Assembly (NCBI RefSeq): GCF_963921235.1
Contig: NC_086108.1
Span: 87,732,001-87,796,000 of the forward strand
Origin: Mobula hypostoma
Lineage: Eukaryota
DNA: 64,000 bases
Reading direction: 5' to 3'
The notes beneath the pieces were generated by a model. It worked only from the letters and a program-made list of their open reading frames with translations. It did not search any database and was not told the origin of the DNA. Of the stretch, positions 60,796-64,000 are shown piece after piece (within the stretch, counting starts at the first letter, position 1; the number at the start of each line of letters is the position of its first letter). Both the position numbers and the translations under genes were made by a program.

Positions 60796-63192
60796 TATTC
60801 TCAGTTAACTGCCTGAGTACTTCAATTCTGAACAGTTCACTCAAAGGGGGGTATAGACTCTGTTTTTCAAAAAGGCAGTATCATAGACAGCTGTCTGAAA
60901 ATGAAGCAATATAATAACTTTGTTAAATTGAACGGATTGATGCCTTAATAGCAAGAGTGAGAGGAACATCATTTATCTTTATAACAGCGACATTTCATTC
61001 AAGAAAAGATAGATGTGCACAAAAGCAAAATACAGCAGATACTGGAAATTACAAATAAAAGCAGAAAATGCCAGAGAAAACATGGCATGTCATGCAACAT
61101 CTGTCCAGAAAAAATACAACTAATATTTCAGATCGATGACCTTTCGGCATAACATTGACCAGAATATGTAGCACTTTCTTCATCAATACTGTTTAACTTG
61201 TTGAGTATTTCAGCAGACAGTTTAATCCTGATGGATCTCCCAGGAAGATATAATTTTACAAAATGTTTCTTCAAATTTGGTGAATTTAATGGGGGAGGAA
61301 CAGCTGGTTGGAAAGAATCTGGCATGGAAAATGTGCTGTGAATCAGTAGTTCACTCTGTATGCAGGAAGCATAGGATTATTTAGATTATATTCTTTACCT
61401 GTTGATTGCTTCCACATTGACTTCATTGAAATTTACATCTTTATCTTTTAATCTTCCAAATTCATATAACTCTGCTGTGGTAATTAATTCTATGTACAGT
61501 GAAGTGCTTTCTATAAATTATATAAGGTCCTCATAATATTCTCAGTTTTTTGAAAGGTGAAAAATATCAAGTGCTGAACCAACTCCAAATAGCTAAATTA
61601 ATTATTTAGTTACAATTAAATGATTTATAGAGGCAAACAAAATACATCATAGAAAGTAAATTGTATCTAGAACAGCTACTTCAAATTCACCTCTTTTCCT
61701 CTCAATGCAGAGTGATTTGGCACATGATCCTGTGCTTGAGAAGTACTAAAAGAACAAAAGCAACCATTTCTCAAGCAAAGCTTGAAAAATACTGGAAATC
61801 TGAAGTGAAGCAGAAGATGTTCAAAATACTTAATAGGGATCTTGAACTTAACTCTAATCATGTATCCATGTAGTATGTGAGAATTTGTAGTATGCTGAGA
61901 ATTTCCCAACATTTTTTGTTTTCTGAACAATTACCCTTGTTCCTGATTCCTCCTTGATTGTATCTTCTGATGGCAAAACTTTTAGTCAGAAGTGAAAAGT
62001 GGTTGCTACAGCAAAAGCCTACACACATCTTGGAATGCCACTTTTAAATTATAATACCTCCTTATTCTTAAATCAAATGTATAATCTCACAATTCTCTGC
62101 AATTTCATCTGCAATGTGCTTCATCATTCTAACAGACTGGTCAGTGTCTAACACTTCTAGTGTGTACGTCATTTTGCAGATTTTGAAATTGTGTTGTCTT
62201 GTATTTTCCAATCCCTAGTCATTAATACTTAACAAGTAACAGAGTGGCTTTAGTTCAACCTCCAGGGAACACCATTGTACAATTAGCTGCAGTTTGAAAG
62301 ACCAACAGCCGCTCTTGTTTATTGTCTTCAAGGACACTTATACCAATAGAGCCTTGTATTGGTACAATTTATTATTCCATTGCCTTCAGTTTTGTGGACA
62401 AACCTACTATGTGGTATTTATTAATGTCTTTTACTCCATCCTTTCCATGTTCTGGGGAAAAAGGAATAAGAGCAGAGATGTAAGAAATGCATGAGGCACA
62501 GTCAAAGATTCGATGCTACATTAGAGTGCCAAGTCGAGGTCAGGACTAAGAAGTCATCTCACCTGTTTGAAAAGTCATCAGAACTGATACTTTGTTACTA
62601 AGCTGCCCCCTGCCTTAGAGACAGAATCCTGAAAGGGAACAGAAAATGGACCGTGTGAAGGTGTGTGCAGGGTGAAATTTGGCAGCAAAGGTTTTGAGTT
62701 CTGTATGAGTTCAAGAAGCAGTACCAATACAATAATCAATGTAACAGAGAAAAGATTCAGGAAGGTAACCTGAGAAGGGATGAAACAAGTTTTATTCAGT
62801 TAAAGCCTTTAATAAATCTGTGTTGATATTTATTTTCCAGGTTCTGATCATGTTGCCTCAGACTATTATTTCTAACAAATCTCCAGCCATTAAATTTAGA
62901 CCATCCTGTAGTCCTTAAGTTTATCCTTATAAATTTATTTTGAACAAGTATATCAGTTGCAGTTCTCAGGAGACTTAGGAGATTTTGGCCAGTACTTCTG
63001 CAATTTCTGTCCTTCCCTTAGCAACAATTGGAAGAATTTTGTCCAGACCTGGTGATTACACAGGTTTGGTGTAGTTTTGGGAAAAGTATTGATTTTCTTT
63101 CAAAACTAAATAGAACTACATCTTTTGCTCTAGAGTGTCAGAAATGTTTCAAAAATTATGACCTTGCCTGCTGGTTTTCTGTCCTTTCATAG

Positions 63193-63333
63193 AAACTAAC
63201 AGAGGGTCGAGTTCCAGTTTTCAGTCATGAGGTGGTTCCAGATCATCTCCGGACTAAACCCGATCCAGAAGTTGAAGAACAGGAAAAACAACTAAGTGCA
63301 GAGGCGGCGCGTCTGGCACCTGATGTAGCTCAG
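63193..63333 (+). CDS. MED8: MED8 coding exon 4 ([47 protein letters not shown])
   Basis: TAG acceptor and GTATT donor; 141 nt. Confidence 0.96.
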
Positions 63334-63469
63334 GTATTGCATCATTAACATTTAGAAATATAGTTTGCTTATGATGAAAACAAATGAAGGTAAAAGTGAC
63401 TAGCAGACTACTTAAGGTGGTTGAAATGGTATGCATGTCAGATGTCGAAGAAAGGATGTGCTATCACTC

Positions 63470-63925
63470 AAGAGAATGATCCCCAGAATGAAAGGGTTAG
63501 CATATGAGGAATGTTTGATGGCTCTGGGCCTATACTCGCTGGAGCTTATAAGAATTAGAGTGGATCTCATTGAAACCTATTAAATATTGAAAGGCCTAGA
63601 TAGAGTGGACGTGGGGAGGATGTTTCCTATAGCGGGGGGAAACTAGAACCAGAGAGTATAGCCTCAGAATAGAAGGACATCCTTTTAGACAGACATGAAG
63701 AGGAATTTCTTTAGCTGGAGGATGGTGAATCTGAGGAAGTCACTGCCACAGGCATCTCTGGTGGCCACGTCATTGAGTACATTTAAAGGTGCTTCATTAG
63801 TAAGGTCGTCAAAGGACACAGGGAGAAGGCATGAGAATGGGTTGAGAGGATTAATAAATCTGCCATGATAAGAATGGTGGAGCAGACAAATGGCCGAATT
63901 CACTTGACGTATGGTCTTGTATGTT
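63470..63925 (+). mobile_element. CR1 LINE 3' fragment
   Basis: MIPRMKGLAYEECLMALGLYSLELIRIRVDLIETY remnant. Confidence 0.8.
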
Positions 63926-64000
63926 CAATGAAACACTGCTATGTGAATACCTAAGGTCCATTTGCAGATAATATGATGTAATTGAGATTGAGAAACAGAA

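Larger units (their letters stand above)
53823..63333 (+). other. MED8: MED8 gene, coding exons 1-4 (continues beyond window end)
   Basis: Four exons splice in phase to 138 aa matching recalled MED8 (EEKQLEAS..., [44 protein letters not shown]). Confidence 0.96.

Noticed and set aside
1..64000. CRISPR arrays, operons or other prokaryotic systems
   Set aside because: The sequence is spliced vertebrate DNA; no regularly spaced repeat-spacer array seen.

Overview
This is eukaryotic (vertebrate) genomic DNA. The repeat landscape (abundant CR1-type LINEs, Rex1-like LINEs, V-SINE/HE1-like SINEs, Penelope-derived palindromes) suggests a cartilaginous fish, probably a ray; this is inference. The window holds two head-to-head spliced genes. 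SZT2 (KICSTOR subunit) is on the minus strand: 18 coding exons from ATG at 53611 down to 283, about 891 codons, continuing beyond the window start. MED8 (Mediator subunit 8) is on the plus strand: 4 coding exons from ATG at 53823 to 63333, 138 codons, continuing beyond the window end. The two start codons are 211 bp apart in a CpG-island bidirectional promoter. Exons were placed by hand translation, splice dinucleotides and phase continuity; similarity to the human proteins is recalled from memory, not from a search. The introns are full of decayed and nested transposable elements, and almost all ORFs in the supplied track are TE remnants or spurious. The most notable observations are: (1) Penelope-derived palindromic elements with minimal hammerhead-ribozyme cores, (2) a 96-nt, in-frame, stop-free GC-AG intron in SZT2, (3) an overlapping upstream ORF at the SZT2 start, (4) long inverted CR1 copies flanking SZT2 exons 3-4, and (5) a hAT-in-hAT-in-CR1 nest. 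I found no convincing evidence of a wholly new multi-gene system. Repeat boundaries without a stated TSD or TIR are approximate.
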